A DNA stretch of 64,000 bases from an uncultured Chloroflexia bacterium. Lineage in GTDB: Bacteria; Chloroflexota; Limnocylindria; Limnocylindrales; CSP1-4. The first letter of the stretch is position 1. Each line of letters opens with the position of its first letter. The notes beneath the pieces were generated by a model that ran no database searches, had not been told where the DNA came from, and saw nothing but the letters and a program-made list of their open reading frames with translations. The translations under genes were made by a program, and so were the position numbers. The stretch is taken from contig CAVVJT010000004.1 in the NCBI GenBank assembly GCA_963748625.1, positions 416,001 through 480,000 of the forward strand, written 5' to 3'. Positions 30,135 to 40,668 of this stretch are shown piece by piece.

Positions 30135-31151
30135 CTACGTCGCCTTGAGCCGCTCCTCGCCCAGGGTCTCCGCGCCCGTGCGTCGCCACAGCTCCGCGGC
30201 CAGCAACTCCGCCACGGCCGACTCCACGATCGAGCGCACCAGGCGGTTCGCGATCGCGGCCTGCGGCAGCGGGATCGACACGTCGGCGGCGGCCTCCTCG
30301 GACCGGACCGGCCCAACCGACACGACGCGGCCGCCGCGCCGGTGGATCGTGCGCACCGCCTCGGCATCGGCGGGAGCTCCGCCATAGAGCAGCACCGGAT
30401 CGCCGGGGAGCAGCGTGTACAGGCCCACGTGCAGCCAGTCGCCCGTGTCGAAGGGCATCGCAGGCAGGCGCGGCCCCTCCCGCAGCATCAGCGCTGCCTG
30501 CTCGAGCGTTCCGGCACGGACCCCGTCGCCCAGGATGTGGATGTGACGGGCGCCATCGAGCACGTCGGCGGCATCGGCGATCCAGGCGTGGCGTCCGGCG
30601 ATCAGCTCCTGGAGCGCGACCACGGACGCATCGAGCGCGGCTCGATCCTCGTCGGGCTCCCCCAGCCCGGCGAGGGACGCGAGGGCCGCCACCGTGGCCC
30701 GGTACGTGAGCGTGGCCACGCCGCTCGCCTCCGCACGGTCCGCGCGCAGGGGGATCAGCGCGTCGGCATGGCGAGCCAGCGGCGAGTCCGGGTTCGCGGT
30801 GAGCGCCAGCACGAACGACGTCCCGCGGTTGCGCTCGGCGGCGTTGAGCACCTCGGGTGTCCGACCAGACGCAGAGATCGCGACGACGAGCGTGTCGCGG
30901 CTGCCCGGTGAGTACGTTGAGGCGGAGGCGGTCTCCGCGTACGCGTCCCGCTGCGCCTCCCGCAGCCGGCACGCGGCGTCGAGGGCGGCGAACCGCGAGC
31001 TGCCCATGCCCACCAGGCGCCAGGTGGGCCGGGCGAGGGCGCCAACCTGGAGGTCGCGGATCGCCGCCTCCTGCGCGCGGAGGACCTCGGCCAGCTCGGC
31101 GGGGGCGGCGAGGATGTCCTCGAGAAGGGCAGTAGACCGGTCCACGCTCAT
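30135..31151 (-). CDS. SIS-domain (sugar isomerase/deaminase/deglycase family) protein
   Basis: VGMGSSRFAA, VAISASGRTPE, LTANPDSPLA and LMLREGP...GDWLH: two SIS domains. Confidence 0.85.
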   Translation of the reverse strand: MSVDRSTALLEDILAAPAELAEVLRAQEAAIRDLQVGALARPTWRLVGMGSSRFAALDAACRLREAQRDAYAETASASTYSPGSRDTLVVAISASGRTPEVLNAAERNRGTSFVLALTANPDSPLARHADALIPLRADRAEASGVATLTYRATVAALASLAGLGEPDEDRAALDASVVALQELIAGRHAWIADAADVLDGARHIHILGDGVRAGTLEQAALMLREGPRLPAMPFDTGDWLHVGLYTLLPGDPVLLYGGAPADAEAVRTIHRRGGRVVSVGPVRSEEAAADVSIPLPQAAIANRLVRSIVESAVAELLAAELWRRTGAETLGEERLKAT

Positions 31152-32683
31152 GCGGGCTCTCCGTGGTCGAGAAGCCACCGCATGCCCTCGCGCGGTGCCC
31201 AGAGCCAGCTGGGCAGCACCGTTGCGGCGTACACGAACTCGTAGGCCTCCTTGGCAACCTCGAACGCGTCGAGGAGGTCGCCGTCAAGTGTGAAGGGCGC
31301 GCCTGATCTTCGCAGCCCCCCCGTGTAGGCCGCAAGGAACCGCTGGCGCGCCCGCTCGATCCAGGCGTCGATGTCCAGGCCCGGGCGCTCGATCGGTCCG
31401 CCGGTCCGCTGCTCCGCCCGCCGCCGGGCGCTCCGCGCCACGTGATCGAGGGACCGCAGCAGCGAGGCGACATCCCGCAGCGGGGAGTCCAGCCTTCGCC
31501 GGTCCTCGATCGGCCGCAGCGGCTCGCCCTCGAAATCGATCACGCGATACCCGTCGGCCGCGACCAGGATCTGGCCGAGGTGCAGGTCGCCGTGGATGCG
31601 CATGACGAGCGGCGCCACAGCGACAGCCTCGAAGCGCGAGACGCGAGCAGCGATGGCGGCCGCCTCGCGCTTGAGCTCCGCGCCGGCCCCCGGATCGACG
31701 GCGGTCACCGCGGGCAGGGCCGCGTTGAGCTGGCGGTGCGCGTCCAGGCGCCAGGCCTTGAGCTCATCGTGGGTCGCCTCGCGCGGCGCGAGGTCCGGGG
31801 CATCCGACGGCGGGGTGGCCAGGGCGGCATGGAGCCCGGCGACGAGCGTGCCCAGGTCCTCGGCCACCTCCGTCGCCCATTCCATCGACACTGAGCCGGG
31901 CGCGGCCACCAGGTCCGCCAGGAACTCCGCGGTCTTCTCGTACAGGTCCTCGGCCTCGCCGATGAAGGCCTGGAGCATCGCGACCGTTGCCACGCCGCCG
32001 TTCCGCGTCACCACCTCGGCCCAGCCGGCGAGGCGCGGGACCCCCGCGAATGCCGCGTCCTCGGAGAGGTAGGCGGTCAGCTCGAGGTCCGGGTTCAGGC
32101 CCGGCTGCAGGCGCCGGTACGCCTTCAGGAGCATCCGCCCGCCGATGACGGTCGATGTGTTCGACTGGTCACGACCCAGCGGCTCCTCGTCGGCCGTGGC
32201 CGCGGTGGACGGATCGTCGCCCCAGACATCCTCGAAGCCTGGGGAACGGCGGCAGACCAGCGCGGCCTCGGACTGGACGTTGGCGACGGGGGCCATCGGA
32301 TCCAGCCCGTCCCGGCCCATCGCCGGCAGCGTGCGTTCCTCGGCGATCGCGGCAGCCAGGGCGCGCCAGGCGCCGTGCCCCTCGCCCGCCTCCAGGACAG
32401 CGCCGTCCCGCTCGACGAAGGGGATCGCGTACCGGTCGGTCCGCTCGAGGCGGCCAGGGCCTTCGCCGCCGGCGAGTCCGCCGCCGCGGTCGCCATCTCC
32501 GCCCCGCTCGCCGAAGCGCAGGTCGACCAGGGCCAGGACCACGTCCGGCGCCAGCGCGAACGCATGGGCGAGCCGGGCCGACGAGGGGACATCGCCCTTC
32601 GCGGTGAACCACCGGCGAGCGGCGAGGTCGACCAGGTCGAGGCTTCGGACGGCCGCAGCGACGGCCGCCCGCTCGAGTGTCAG
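31148..32683 (-). CDS. Maltokinase-like sugar/amino-sugar kinase (APH fold)
   Basis: RWFTAKG N-terminal motif, DQSNTS, LKAYRRLQPG, RIHGDLHLGQ, IDFEGEP and RDVASLLRS. The frame is open upstream of the first GTG (32542); a CTG at 32683 is my proposed start. Confidence 0.8.
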   Translation of the reverse strand: MTLERAAVAAAVRSLDLVDLAARRWFTAKGDVPSSARLAHAFALAPDVVLALVDLRFGERGGDGDRGGGLAGGEGPGRLERTDRYAIPFVERDGAVLEAGEGHGAWRALAAAIAEERTLPAMGRDGLDPMAPVANVQSEAALVCRRSPGFEDVWGDDPSTAATADEEPLGRDQSNTSTVIGGRMLLKAYRRLQPGLNPDLELTAYLSEDAAFAGVPRLAGWAEVVTRNGGVATVAMLQAFIGEAEDLYEKTAEFLADLVAAPGSVSMEWATEVAEDLGTLVAGLHAALATPPSDAPDLAPREATHDELKAWRLDAHRQLNAALPAVTAVDPGAGAELKREAAAIAARVSRFEAVAVAPLVMRIHGDLHLGQILVAADGYRVIDFEGEPLRPIEDRRRLDSPLRDVASLLRSLDHVARSARRRAEQRTGGPIERPGLDIDAWIERARQRFLAAYTGGLRRSGAPFTLDGDLLDAFEVAKEAYEFVYAATVLPSWLWAPREGMRWLLDHGEPA

Positions 32684-32692
32684 AGCGACCGC

Positions 32693-34139
32693 CTAGATCG
32701 CCGTGTTGACGGTGACGTGCTTGACGACCGTGTAGTCATCGAGCGCGTACTTGGACCCGTCCTTGCCCCAGCCGGACTCCTTCACGCCGCCGTGCGGTGT
32801 CTCGGAGGTCAGTGTGAAGTGGTCGTTGATCCAGACCGTGCCGTACTGGAGGCGGCGGGCGGTGCGCATGCCCTTGGCGAAGGAGCCGGAGAAGACGGAG
32901 CTCGCGAGGCCGTACTTGACGTCGTTCGCCCAGGTGATGGCCTGCTCCTCGTCCGTGAAGCGCTGGACCGTGACGACCGGGCCGAAGACCTCCTCCTGGA
33001 TGATCTCCGAACGCTGGTCGGGGTTGGCGATCACGGTCGGCTCGAAGTAGGCGCCGTGGTCCGCCGGTCGCCTGCCGCCGACCACGAGCTCCGCCTTGTT
33101 CTCGAGCGCGGTGTTGACCATCTGCTCGACCTTGTCGGCCTGGGCCCGCCCGATGAGCGAGCCGACGTCGAGGTCGTCCGCGCTCTGCGGGTCGCCCCAC
33201 TTGATGGTCTTGACCTGGTCGGCAAGCTCGGCCAGGAGGTTGTCGTAGATCGCCGGGGCCTGCGATCACGCGGCACGCCGCGGTGCAGTCCTGGCCGTTG
33301 TTCCAGTAGCCGGCGAAGCGCAGGGTGCTCGCGACGAGCTCGAGGTCCGCATCGTCATACACGATCACGGGGGCCTTGCCGCCCAACTCGAGGTGCAGGC
33401 GCTTGACGCCCTGCGCGGCGATCTCGGCGATGTGCTTGCCGGTGGCCGTGTCGCCCGTGATCGAGATCATCCGGACCTTCGGATGGCCGACCAGGAGGTC
33501 GCCCATCACGCTGCCGGAGCCCGTGATGACGTTCAGGGTGCCGGCCGGAAGGGCCTCCTGGACGATCTCCGCGAAGCGGAGGGCGGACAGCGGCGTGCGG
33601 CTGGCGGGCTTGAGGACGCAGGTGTTGCCGGCGGCCAGGGCCGGGGCCAGCTTCCAGGCGGCCATGTACATCGGGTAGTTCCAGGGTGCGATCGAGGCGA
33701 CCACGCCCACCGGGTCCCGCCGGATCATCGACGTCCGGCCTTCCACGTACTCGGTCACCGCGAGCCCCTCGGGCACGCGGCAGGCGCCTGCGAAGAAGCG
33801 GAACAGGTCGCTGGCCACGCCCATCTCGTCGATGGCGGCCCCGACCGGCTTGCCGGTCTGCAGGGACTCGAGACGGCCGATCTCGTCGGCGTTCGCGTCG
33901 AGCAGGTCCGCGACCTTGAGGAGCGCGAGGCTGCGGGTCTGCGGGGTGGTATGGCTCCAGCTCTCGAACGCCTCGGCGGCGGCGTCCACCGCGCGGTTCA
34001 CATCCTCCTGGCCCGAGGCCGGGACGTGCGCAATGGTCTCGTAGACGGCGGGGTTCTCGACGGCTTGCGTCTCACCGGACGCGGCGTCGACCCACTGGCC
34101 GCCGATGAACTGCTGGTACGTCTTCACGTGGTCACGCAT
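32693..34139 (-). CDS. Aldehyde dehydrogenase (aminobutyraldehyde dehydrogenase-like), frameshift near 33252
   Basis: IAPWNYP, LELGGKAP, GYWNNGQDCTA and EEVFGPV motifs; the C-terminal third is in a different frame. Confidence 0.88.
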
Positions 34140-34345
34140 CTCCCTGCGGTCTCATGGTCGCGCCACCTGGACTGCTGGCGGGGACGCCGCTCCCCGCGAC
34201 GCCGCGCGGCGGCTGCCGGTGCAGATTGTGCGGCAACCCGGCGCGGGCACGCCACGAGCAATACCGCCACGTGCGACGGACGCATGCACCTCGGCCCCCG
34301 CCTTGGCACGAACGGACCGCCAGACGACCAGTGGCCGCCCCGTGC

Positions 34346-34825
34346 CTACGCCTCCTGCGCCTCCTCGGCCACCGCCTTCGCGATCGCGTCGTACGGAATT
34401 GGAGGCCAGGGCGCGCCGCGCTTGCGCAGGTAGGCATTCGCCGCTCCCCGGCCAACGCGCAGGAACTGGATCATGTGGAGCGGTGCCCCGGCATGGGGCA
34501 TCTCGTCCGTGTCGGAGCGGCCGTTGGCCGTGATCACGTCGCCGACCACGAACACCGTGTCGCCGGCCCGAACCTCGATGGCCCCCTTGAGGACCATCTG
34601 TGCGAGGCCCTCGAGGCGCTCGTCGTGGCGGTGGAACAGGAGCGTTGCGCCACCACGCCAGGCAACGGCGTACGGCGGCACGTCCAGCAGCACGACGTCC
34701 CTCGTCCCCGGCACCCACCGAACGGCAACACGGACGCTGGCGGGGAACCCGTCGTCCTCCAGGTGGCTCAAGACGGCACCCGCGGGGTATCCACCGAGGC
34801 GTGCCAGCAGCGCGTCACTTGCCAT
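34346..34825 (-). CDS. Hypothetical protein (possible split-barrel fold)
   Basis: Overlaps the upstream gene by 11 nt; DGFPASVRV and LLFHRHD. Confidence 0.6.
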   Translation of the reverse strand: MASDALLARLGGYPAGAVLSHLEDDGFPASVRVAVRWVPGTRDVVLLDVPPYAVAWRGGATLLFHRHDERLEGLAQMVLKGAIEVRAGDTVFVVGDVITANGRSDTDEMPHAGAPLHMIQFLRVGRGAANAYLRKRGAPWPPIPYDAIAKAVAEEAQEA

Positions 34826-35339
34826 GGCGCACCTCGAAGACCTGCGGCGAGGCCGAGAAGTCCCCTCCCGGCCAGACGGTGAACCGCTCCGGCGTCACGC
34901 GCAGCGCGATCCGCTGGAAGAGGTACCACGTGAAGATGCGACGGACGAACCGGTTCGCGGTGAACCTGACGCTGTCGGGCTGGCGCCTGGACACGGTGCG
35001 GAACAGGCCGATCACATCGGGCGGGTAGTCGAGCACCTCGGCCACGGCGGCCCTGCCCTGGACCAGCACGGCGGGCGCATCCGCCAGACCGGAGCCGGTG
35101 GGCTCCGAGAACAGGAGCGCGACCTGCGGATGGCGTCTGGCGTTGTACGCCTTCACGGGGAAGGCGATGGAGACGGCGCACGTGATGTGGCCGTCGACGG
35201 GATCGACGAACGGGACAGCCGGCCACGCGATGGCCTCGCCACGCCGGTTGACGGTGGCGAACTCGCAGGTCAGGTACCCGGCGAGCACGGCCCGCACGTC
35301 GGACGGGAGGTTCGCGGGTGACACGATGATCTCAGGCAT
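34815..35339 (-). CDS. Pyridoxamine 5'-phosphate oxidase-like (split-barrel) protein
   Basis: CEFATVNRRGEAIAWP...KAYNARRHPQVALLF...VLVQGRA; TAGACT -10 box 7 nt before the ATG. Confidence 0.75.
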   Translation of the reverse strand: MPEIIVSPANLPSDVRAVLAGYLTCEFATVNRRGEAIAWPAVPFVDPVDGHITCAVSIAFPVKAYNARRHPQVALLFSEPTGSGLADAPAVLVQGRAAVAEVLDYPPDVIGLFRTVSRRQPDSVRFTANRFVRRIFTWYLFQRIALRVTPERFTVWPGGDFSASPQVFEVRHGK

Positions 35340-35362
35340 GGGCGCCAGTCTACGGGCCATGG

Positions 35363-36022
35363 CTATCCCTCTCGCGATGCCCGACCCACCAGCTCAGCGA
35401 GCAGGGCGGAGGCCGCGTTGATGACCGGGCCGCCGCGGGAGTCGTTCGAGAGGGCGTAGACCGAGCCCGCTCCCACGTGGATCCCGCCCGGCGTGAGGAT
35501 GCTGATCATCGCGCCCCCGTGGCCGGGCGGGCCGGGGCGCTCACCGTCGAGCGGACCGGTCACCGCGACCACCTCCTCGGCGCGGAACAGCAGGTCATCA
35601 ACGAGCCGGCCGATCTCCGCATCCGGGGCCTCCCACACGACGCCTGCGCCCGAGTAGTTCAGGTAGCGCGCCGAGCCGTCGCGGAAGCCGGCGAGCGTGT
35701 CGAGGCCGTCGTCGGTGTGCATATCGACGACAACGCCCAGCGCGCGGCGACCGCTCAAGCCCGGGTCGATCCCGGCGAGGCGGGCCAGGTGCCAGGCCTG
35801 CAGGAAGAGGCGGGTCTCGCGCTCCGGGGCCGGGGCGGCGGCGATGGTGCGCAGGGCCGCAGGCGCATCGCCGGCCTCGGCGGCCGCCGCCAGCTCCACG
35901 ATGTACCGCGTCGCCTCCCCTCCCCGCGTGAACACCTCACGCGCGCGGGCCGGCGCCAGATCGGCGAAGAGGAGATTGCGCAAGGCCTCGGACGGGGACG
36001 GCGCGGCGAAGGTGTCGGTCAT
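35363..36022 (-). CDS. Hypothetical protein
   Basis: Coupled to the upstream gene by a TGATG overlap; DTLAGFRDGSARYLNYSG. Confidence 0.65.
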   Translation of the reverse strand: MTDTFAAPSPSEALRNLLFADLAPARAREVFTRGGEATRYIVELAAAAEAGDAPAALRTIAAAPAPERETRLFLQAWHLARLAGIDPGLSGRRALGVVVDMHTDDGLDTLAGFRDGSARYLNYSGAGVVWEAPDAEIGRLVDDLLFRAEEVVAVTGPLDGERPGPPGHGGAMISILTPGGIHVGAGSVYALSNDSRGGPVINAASALLAELVGRASREG

Positions 36023-36891
36023 CAGGACGCCTCCACGGACCGACGGACCGGCGCCTCGCGCTGCCAGGCGAGGATCGCGATCGTGCCCACGAGGGACCCG
36101 CCCAGCACGATCCAGGCGGCGGCCACCGAGATGGCGGGTCCAGAGAGATCCTCGGCCCGGATCACGAGGGCGCCGAGCATCAGGGCCAGCGCCGCGCACT
36201 GGGCGATGAGCGGCTGCCGTAGCGACGAGCGGCGCCGGTCGAGCGCGATGCCGATCGCGATCACGCCGGGCAGGCACAGCATCGGCGCCTGGATCCGGGC
36301 CGACAGCGGCGTCATCTTCCACGGCCAGACGTCGATGAACAGCGTGGGCACCAGGTACAGCAGCACGGCGAAGCCCATCGTGCCGAGGCCGATGATCAGC
36401 ATGACCCGCACGAGCCGATGATCGGTCAGCGCATCTTCGGGCTGCGGGCCGGGGTCCAGCCGCCGGTTGCGCAGGAAGGCCAGGACCACGAGCGGCGGCG
36501 CGACGATGTACACGATCGTCCACACCCACGCCGTGACCCGCTCGAACAGGAACAGGTCCCGGTGGAGGAAGGTCGTCACCAGGAGCAGCGACGCGAACGT
36601 CGCCACGGCCGGCACCCCGAGGTGCACCCGGTGCCACTGGCGCGCGGCGAGGAGCGAGGTGAAGAAGACGGCGCCGCCGGTGTACGCGGACCCGAGCAGC
36701 ATGGCCGTGAGCCGCGGCTTGATGTCCCACGCGAACACGAGCGACGCGGCGGCGTTGTTGACATACAGGATGCCGAACGCGACCAACAGCACCGGGCTGA
36801 CGACGAACGCGACGACCCGCGTCAGCCGCTGGATCCGGTCGGTGCGTCCCGCGGGCGCGGGGGTCGGCGGGGGCGTGGGCTGGGACGTCAC
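36022..36891 (-). CDS. Multi-pass membrane protein
   Basis: About eight hydrophobic segments with an internal duplication (FAWDIKPRLTA / WPWKMTPLSA). Confidence 0.75.
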   Translation of the reverse strand: MTSQPTPPPTPAPAGRTDRIQRLTRVVAFVVSPVLLVAFGILYVNNAAASLVFAWDIKPRLTAMLLGSAYTGGAVFFTSLLAARQWHRVHLGVPAVATFASLLLVTTFLHRDLFLFERVTAWVWTIVYIVAPPLVVLAFLRNRRLDPGPQPEDALTDHRLVRVMLIIGLGTMGFAVLLYLVPTLFIDVWPWKMTPLSARIQAPMLCLPGVIAIGIALDRRRSSLRQPLIAQCAALALMLGALVIRAEDLSGPAISVAAAWIVLGGSLVGTIAILAWQREAPVRRSVEAS

Positions 36892-38201
36892 CGCGTCACC
36901 GCCTGCTGCGAGACCGCGAGGCGCTCGATGAGGTCGGCGGCGCGGGTCGTGCCGTCGGTTGCCTGCATGCGGGCGCTGACCCCGGCCAGTCGCGCCTTGA
37001 GCGCCGCGTCGCCCAGGAGCCGGTCCACCGCACCCGTGAGCTCGTCGTCCTCGAAGTCGTAGGTCGCCAGGCGCACCCCGAAACCCGTCTCGTCGACGCG
37101 TTGGGCATTGTCCACCTGGTCCCAGAACAGCGGCAGGACGACCATCGGCTTGCCGTGATGGAAGGACTCCACGACGGTGTTGTTGCCGCCGTGGGTGATC
37201 ACGAGATCCACCTGCGGCAGGATCGCGGGCTGCGGCAGGAAACCCTCGCCGGTCATGTTGTCGCGGAGCGTGATCTCGTCCGCGAGCGGGCCTTTCGACA
37301 CGATCACACGGTGCTCCGTCCGGCCGAGCACGTCCACCAGCCGTTGCATGAGGCCCACGTCAGCGGAGCCCAGTGAGCCCAGGGAGAGGTAGATCAGTCC
37401 GCCGTCGCGCGTCGCCAGGTCCTCCGGGAGCGACCAGGTCGTGTCGGCCGCGCGCACCGTCGAATTGAGCTGGTGCCAGGTGGGGCCAAGTGGTGCAGCG
37501 CGCTCGTAGTCAGCCTCGCGTGGGTAGCTGTAGATGTTGAGGAACGGGGACTCGTGCATGAAGTCGGGGCCGTTCGCGCCCCAGGCAAGCCCACCCGCAC
37601 CGGCCTCACGACAGAAGGCGTCGAAGTCGGCCCACATGTCGGCGTGCGTGCGGCGCACTTCCTCGAGGAATGCAGGCCACTGGCTCCTGTCCGCCGCGGG
37701 GTAGCCGGACGAGAACGGCGCCACGAGCGGGTCCTTGATCTCGGCGGGGTTGCATGAGAGGAGCCGGGCCCACGGGTGGCGCGTGGCCATGATCGTCGGG
37801 AACGAGACGACGTTGTCCTCGACGATGGCGTCGGGGGCGAGCTCGTCGATGATCTCCGCCAGCCGCGGGGCCACGTACTTGGCCCCGTCGATAAGCGCCT
37901 GGAACGTCGGGGCGATGAACTCGCCCAACTGCTCGATGGTTGGCTTGCGGAAGACGGGCGCGGTGTCGCGGATGAAGTCGATCCAGAACTGGCCGGGCAC
38001 TTCCGGCTCGGCGGGCGGCGGGCCGAGGCGCATGAGGCGTTCCTCGAAGCCCTTGGCCTCCAGGCTGCCCGCGAACGACTCCTCCACGATGAAGACGACG
38101 CGGTGCCCGCGCGCCCGCAGCACATTGCCGATTCCGACGCAGTTGTTCGTCGGGCCGTAGGCGCCCTCGGGAAAGAAGACGATCGTCCTACCGTCGGTCA
38201 C
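36888..38201 (-). CDS. GT1-family (macrolide/UDP-glucuronosyltransferase-like) glycosyltransferase
   Basis: YLSLGSLG and FLPQPAILPQVDLVITHGGNNTVVES...PLFWDQ signature. Confidence 0.9.
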   Translation of the reverse strand: MTDGRTIVFFPEGAYGPTNNCVGIGNVLRARGHRVVFIVEESFAGSLEAKGFEERLMRLGPPPAEPEVPGQFWIDFIRDTAPVFRKPTIEQLGEFIAPTFQALIDGAKYVAPRLAEIIDELAPDAIVEDNVVSFPTIMATRHPWARLLSCNPAEIKDPLVAPFSSGYPAADRSQWPAFLEEVRRTHADMWADFDAFCREAGAGGLAWGANGPDFMHESPFLNIYSYPREADYERAAPLGPTWHQLNSTVRAADTTWSLPEDLATRDGGLIYLSLGSLGSADVGLMQRLVDVLGRTEHRVIVSKGPLADEITLRDNMTGEGFLPQPAILPQVDLVITHGGNNTVVESFHHGKPMVVLPLFWDQVDNAQRVDETGFGVRLATYDFEDDELTGAVDRLLGDAALKARLAGVSARMQATDGTTRAADLIERLAVSQQAVTR

Positions 38202-38320
38202 CGGTGCCCACCTCCCTGGTCCATGGATCGCGGGATGATCGCATGCGGACCGCCCGGAGTTGCCGCCGTCCCGCGCTCCGCGGCGGTATCGTCGAAGGAG
38301 ACACGGGGAGGACACCAGCC

Positions 38321-39277
38321 ATGACCTTGCGCATCGACTCGCTCAGCAAGCGGTTCGGCGCCGTCCAGGCGCTCGACGGCATCTCGTTCACCGTGCAGCC
38401 CGGCGAGGTCTTCGGGTTCCTGGGCGCCAACGGCGCGGGCAAGACCACCACCATGCGCATCGTCCTGGGCCTCATGAAGCCCGATGCAGGCACGGTCACC
38501 TGGCAGGGCCAGCCCACCGACGCGTGGCCCCGGCGGACGTGGGGCTACATGCCTGAGGACCGCGGCCTGTACCTGCGGATGAAGGTGATCGACCAGCTCG
38601 TCCACTTCGCCGCGCTCTACGGGGTCCCGCGCCGCACCGCCCGCGCCGAGGCACTCCACTGGCTGACCCGCTTCCGCATCGCGGACCTCGCAGAACGCCG
38701 TGCCGAGACGCTGTCCAAGGGCAACCAGCAAAAGGTCCAGTTCATCGCCACGGTGCTGCAGCAGCCGGACGTGCTCCTGATGGACGAGCCGTTCGTGGGC
38801 CTGGACCCCGTCAACGTCTCGCTCCTGCGGGCCGCCTTCCTGGAGCTTCGCGACTCGGGCCGGACGATCGTGTTCTCCACGCACCAGCTCGACCAGGCGC
38901 AGGCGCTGTGCGACTCGGTCGCGATCATCGACCACGGACGGATGGTGACGACTGGCTCGACGCTGGAGGTGCGCCGTTCCACGGGCCGGCGGGCCGTTCG
39001 CATTGCGACCTCGTCCACGGCGGGCGATGGTGCCGGCTGGCTGGCCGGGCTGAAGGGCGTGACCGTGACGGCGGACTCGAACGACCTCACCGAACTGCGC
39101 GTGGACGTCGGCACGGACCCCCAGGCGATCCTGCGCGCAGCCCTTGAGCGCGGCGAGGAGGTGCTCACGTTCGAGGTGGGTGACCCGTCGCTGGAGGATG
39201 TCTTCGTGGAGCGGGTGGGCACGCGCATGGTCGACGAGGAGCGCACGCTCGCCGCGGGCGCAGGAACCGCCCGATGA
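38321..39277 (+). CDS. ABC transporter ATP-binding protein (NatA-like)
   Basis: GANGAGKTT, LSKGNQQK, LLMDEPF and STH motifs. Confidence 0.92.
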   Translation: MTLRIDSLSKRFGAVQALDGISFTVQPGEVFGFLGANGAGKTTTMRIVLGLMKPDAGTVTWQGQPTDAWPRRTWGYMPEDRGLYLRMKVIDQLVHFAALYGVPRRTARAEALHWLTRFRIADLAERRAETLSKGNQQKVQFIATVLQQPDVLLMDEPFVGLDPVNVSLLRAAFLELRDSGRTIVFSTHQLDQAQALCDSVAIIDHGRMVTTGSTLEVRRSTGRRAVRIATSSTAGDGAGWLAGLKGVTVTADSNDLTELRVDVGTDPQAILRAALERGEEVLTFEVGDPSLEDVFVERVGTRMVDEERTLAAGAGTAR

Positions 39278-40596
39278 GCCGGGTCGCCAACGTCACCACC
39301 ATCGCCCGCCGCGAGTACGTCGTCCGGACGCGGTCCCGCAGCTTCGTCATCGCCACGCTCCTGCTCCTGGTGGGCGTGATCGCCATCTCCTTTACGCCGG
39401 CGCTCATCGAGCGGCTGGGGCGGACGAACCCCACCCGTATCGCCGTCACCTCGGTGGAGCCCGGGGTTGCCGCCACCGCGAGCGCGGCGCTGGCCCCGCT
39501 GCTCAACGGCTCCGCCGGCCCCGAGGGTGGCGGGGTGGAGGCGGGGGGCTATGAACTGACGGTTGGCGGATCGCTCGACGGGGAGCGCGCCCGCGTGACC
39601 GGTGGCGAGCTCGACGGCGTCCTCGCCGTCAGCCGCGGCGCCGACGGCGAGCTCGCGTTCACCTACTACACGGAGGACAGCTCGGACGGGCGCACCGCCA
39701 CGCTCGTCCGCCAGGGCGCCAACGCCTTCGCCATCGCCGACCGCCTCGACCGCCTCGGCATCGCCCCGGACGATCGTGCGGCACTGTTCGCGCCCGCCTC
39801 GATGGAGGTGGCCTGGCCCGATCCCGACCAGCCCGGGCCGACCAAGGACGGGACCGCGCTCGTCGGCGAGAGCCTGCTGGGCTTCGGCATGACGATCCTC
39901 ATCTTCATGATGGTGATCATCTATGGGAACTGGATCGCCCAGAGCGTGGTGGAGGAGAAGTCCTCGCGCGTGATGGAGGTGGTGCTCAACGCGGCAACGC
40001 CGTTCGAGCTGCTCAGCGGCAAGGTGTTCGGCGTGGGGGCCGTGGCCCTCACGCAGTACGCCGCGCTGATGGCGGGAGGCATCATCTCGCTCGCGCTCCA
40101 GGGGCCGGTGACCGGGCTCATCCTCGGCGGGACGAGCGGATCGATGGATGTGCCCCTCGGCCTGACGCCCGGACTGCTGGTTGCGCTCGCGGTGTACGGG
40201 GTGCTGGGGTTCCTGCTGTACGCGACGCTGTTCGCGGCCGCCGGGTCCCTGGTCAGCCGGAGCGAGGACGTCAACAGCGCCGTGACGCCGCTCACGATGC
40301 TGTGCACGCTGGGGTACATCATCGGGACGTACGGGTCCACGGGGCTGCTGGACTTCGGCGACGCCTGGATGGTCGGCTTGACGATGGTCCCGTTCCTGAG
40401 CCCGTTCATGATGCTGAGCCGTGTCGCGGTGGGCGCGGTGGAGCCGTGGCAGCTGGGCGTGTCGATCTCGCTGCTCGCGGTGTCGGTGGTGATCGCCCTA
40501 TGGGTTGCCGCACGGATCTACGCCGTGGGCGTGCTGCTCTACGGCTCGTGGCCGGGCTGGAAGGGCGCCTGGAAGCTGATGCGCACAGGGATGTGA
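39274..40596 (+). CDS. ABC-2 type permease (NatB-like)
   Basis: IARREY and SVVEEKSSRVMEV motifs; multiple TM helices. Confidence 0.9.
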   Translation: MSRVANVTTIARREYVVRTRSRSFVIATLLLLVGVIAISFTPALIERLGRTNPTRIAVTSVEPGVAATASAALAPLLNGSAGPEGGGVEAGGYELTVGGSLDGERARVTGGELDGVLAVSRGADGELAFTYYTEDSSDGRTATLVRQGANAFAIADRLDRLGIAPDDRAALFAPASMEVAWPDPDQPGPTKDGTALVGESLLGFGMTILIFMMVIIYGNWIAQSVVEEKSSRVMEVVLNAATPFELLSGKVFGVGAVALTQYAALMAGGIISLALQGPVTGLILGGTSGSMDVPLGLTPGLLVALAVYGVLGFLLYATLFAAAGSLVSRSEDVNSAVTPLTMLCTLGYIIGTYGSTGLLDFGDAWMVGLTMVPFLSPFMMLSRVAVGAVEPWQLGVSISLLAVSVVIALWVAARIYAVGVLLYGSWPGWKGAWKLMRTGM

Positions 40597-40668
40597 CGGT
40601 ACGGCGGCCGGGCGGTATCGGTGGGCCGAGCAGGCGGGCTGGCCCGGGCGAACCGCACTGGCTGGGAC

